From Macrostomum lignano (lineage: Eukaryota), in the NCBI GenBank assembly GCA_002269645.1, contig NIVC01000767.1, positions 62,001 to 126,000 of the forward strand: a stretch of DNA of 64,000 bases, written 5' to 3'. The stretch's first letter is position 1, and the number at the start of each line of letters is the position of its first letter. A program made the position numbers and the translations under genes. The notes beneath the pieces are model-generated. The model was given only the letters and a program-made list of their open reading frames with translations, was not told the DNA's origin and did no database searches. This document shows, in pieces, positions 61,350 to 64,000 of the stretch.

Positions 61350-62218
61350 CCCCACACTGCTGGCCTGTCCCACACTGCTGGCCTGTCCCACACTGCTGGC
61401 CTGTCCCACACTGCTGGCCTGTCCCATCTGCCCCACACTGCTGGCCTGTCCCATCTGCCCCACACTGCTGGCCTGTCTCATCTGCCCCACACTGCTGGCC
61501 TGTCCCATCTATCCCACACTGCTGGCCTGTCCCATCTGCCCCACACTGCTGGCCTGTCCCATCTGCCCCACACTGCTGGCCTGTCCCATCTGCCCCACAC
61601 TGCTGGCCTGTCCCATCTGTCCCACACTGCTGGCCTGTCCCATCTGCCCCACACTGCTGGCCTGTCCCATCTGCCCCACACTGCTGGCCTGTCCCATCTG
61701 CCCCACACTGCTGGCCTGTCCCATCTGTCCCACACTGCTGGCCTGTCCCATCTGTCCCACACTGCTGGCCTGTCCCATCTATCCCACACTGCTGGCCTGT
61801 CTCATCTGCCCCACACTGCTGGCCTGTCCCATCTGCCCCACACTGCTGGCCTGTCCCATCTGCCCCACACTGCTGGCCTGTCCCATCTGCCCCACACTGC
61901 TGGCCTGTCCCATCTGCCCCACACTGCTGGCCTGTCCCATCTATCCCACACTGCTGGCCTGTCCCATCTGCCCCACACTGCTGGCCTGTCCCATCTGCCC
62001 CACACTGCTGGCCTGTCCCATCTGTCCCACACTGCTGGCCTGTCCCATCTGCCCCACACTGCTGGCCTGTCCCATCTGCCCCACACTGCTGGCCTGTCCC
62101 ATCTGTCCCACACTGCTGGCCTGTCCCATCTGCCCCACACTGCTGGCCTGTCCCATCTATCCCAAACTGCTGGCCTGTCCCACACTGCTGGCCTGTCCCA
62201 CACTGCTGGCCTGTCCCA
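61350..62218. repeat. 27-bp minisatellite with 18-bp units at both ends
   Basis: CCCCACACTGCTGGCCTGTCCCATCTG core; terminal units CCCACACTGCTGGCCTGT. Confidence 0.95.
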
Positions 62219-62694
62219 TAAAATCCCCAATCCCCTCTGGAATACGAGAGAATTATTGTTAAAAATGCTTGGAAATAAAAAATAATGTATGGAGAAAATA
62301 TTGGAGAATAAAAGGGAGAATGCGAGTGGGGATACTCGTGCAGTTATGCTCAACTGGTGCTCAGCGCAGTGAGACAGGCGGCTGCAGCAGAGGGGATGGG
62401 GGCGGCCCAGCATTATACGGGCACCAGCTAAATCCCGCAGCCAGCCGTATCCGCCACTCAAATCCCTTCAGTTTTCTCCTCAGCTGGAGTCGATAAGGGC
62501 CAGGCCACGGAGGAGATGGAGACGCCATGCTGGGGGGGGGGTACAGAGTTGCTATGCGGGCTTTGGGAGGCGAATATTACGGCTAGAATTTGCTTCCAAG
62601 ACTCGCCCATAATCTCGCCACAGGATTGGCAGTCTGACAGGGCGGTGAGGGCTGCTCCCCGGTGCCCTGGGCCTGAGATCTGGTCTCAAGGCTA

Positions 62695-63275
62695 TCTCTG
62701 AGGTGGCTAAGAATCCCTCAGTAGCTCTGTGGGGTGGCTAAGGATCCCTCAGTAGCTCTGTGGGGTGGCTAAGGATCTGTCAGTAGCTCTGTGGGGTGGC
62801 TAAGGATCCCTCAGTAGCTCTGTGGGGTGGCTACGGATCCTTCAGTAGCTCTGTGGGGTGGCTACGGATCCTTCAGTAGCTCTGTGGGGTGGCTAAGGAT
62901 CCCTCAGTAGCTCTGTGGGGTGGCTAAGGATCTGTCTGTAGCTCTGTGGGGTGGCTAAGGATCCCTCAGTAGCTCTGTGGGGTGGCTAAGGATCTGTCAG
63001 CAGCTCTGTGGGGTGGCTAAGGATCTGTCAGCAGCTCTGTGGGGTGGCTAAGGATCCCTCAGTAGCTCTGTGGGGTGGCTAAGGATCTGTCAGCAGCTCT
63101 GTGGGGTGGCTAAGGATCCCTCAGTAGCTCTGTGGGGTGGCTAAGGATCCCTCAGTAGTTCTGTGGGGTGGCTAAGGATCTGTCTGTAGCTCTGTGGGGT
63201 GGCTAAGGATCTGTCAGTAGCTCTGTGGGGTGGCTAAGGATCTGTCAACAGTTCTGTGGGGTGGCTAAGGATCCA
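62695..63275. repeat. 31-bp minisatellite, ~18 units
   Basis: Unit CTCTGTGGGGTGGCTAAGGATC(CC/TG)TCAGTAG. Confidence 0.95.
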
Positions 63276-63597
63276 AAACCCGAGATTCAAAACCCCCATA
63301 GCTACCATTGCGAATCCACAGAAAAGCGAGCCAAGAAACTCGGCCTCTCAGATCGCATTGGCGAGGCTGTCAGGCACCGAAATCAACTTTCGGACAGTCC
63401 CCGGCCCCGGTGCCGAAACAAAAATCCCAAACCAAGGAGATTATCGAGGGAAAAACCCGAATGAGCGAAGCTCTGCCAGTACAGACCGTGACTGACGGGC
63501 CGCCCAATTGCTGCAAAATTTCTTCTTTCTCTTCGCATCTTCCAACTTCTTACCCTGGTGCAACTTTTAAACCATTTTAAGCCATTAGCGATTGGCC

Positions 63598-64000
63598 GTG
63601 AGTGAGTTGATGAGCGAGTTCATGAGCGAGTTCATGAGTGAGTTCATGAGTGAGCTCACGGGTTAGCTTATGAGTTCATGAGTGAATTCATGGGTTGGCT
63701 TATGAGTTCATGAGTGAGTTCATGAGTGAGTTCATGAGTGAATTCATGGGTTGGCTTATGAGTTCATGAGTGAGTTCATGGGTTGGCTTATGAGTTCATG
63801 AGTGAGTTCATGAGTGAGTTCATGAGTGAATTCATGGGTTGGCTTATGAGTTCATGAGTGAGTTCATGAGTGAGTTCATGGGTTGGCTTATGAGTTCATG
63901 AGTGAGTTCATGAGTGAGTTCATGGGTTGGCTTATGAGTTCATGAGTGAGTTCATGAGTGAGTTCATGAGTGAATTCATGGGTTGGCTTATGAGTTCATT
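63598..64000. repeat. 12/20-bp GAGTTCATG compound minisatellite running off the window end
   Basis: GAGTTCATGAGT alternating with GAGTTCATGGGTTGGCTTAT. Confidence 0.92.

Noticed and set aside
50893-62461. Numerous long low-complexity ORFs (50896-52184, 52490-53060, 57602-58355, 58597-60918, 61156-62285)
   Set aside because: All coincide with minisatellites, are open in several frames or strands at once, and have no domain signature. Those at 50896-53060 lie inside NFI introns.
62330-63580. GC-rich islands with possible acceptors (e.g. ttttctcctcag at ~62482) as exons of a further gene
   Set aside because: No recognisable peptide and no consistent exon chain could be built.

Overview
Eukaryotic (animal) genomic DNA, very rich in minisatellites, with GC-rich exons and AT-rich introns. 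The style suggests a free-living flatworm such as Macrostomum (inference only). Five spliced + strand protein genes can be rebuilt with GT-AG introns in matching phase: (1) the 3' exons of a CIMIP7/C3orf84-like ciliary microtubule inner protein (2066-3491); (2) an INTS12-like PHD protein (7773-9316); (3) an NPY/NPF-receptor-like GPCR with an unusually long third extracellular loop (19230-24380); (4) a DEG/ENaC (ASIC-like) channel (32653-37087); (5) a divergent Nuclear Factor I (44932-53928). Mobile elements: a 5'-truncated RTE-clade LINE with an intact RT frame inside a 30-bp minisatellite (5422-7456); a three-layer nest in which a Crypton tyrosine-recombinase (YR) element is split by a complete Ty3/gypsy LTR retrotransposon (11088-17368, TSD GTATC) that itself contains a second, intron-bearing Crypton YR gene; and a 2.8-kb TTAA-flanked foldback element built from 151-bp repeats (38906-41693). 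About 25 tandem arrays are present, several sharing conserved cores or carrying perfect transcription-factor motifs. No tRNA, rRNA or CRISPR array is supported. Family assignments come from motifs recognised by eye, not from database searches.
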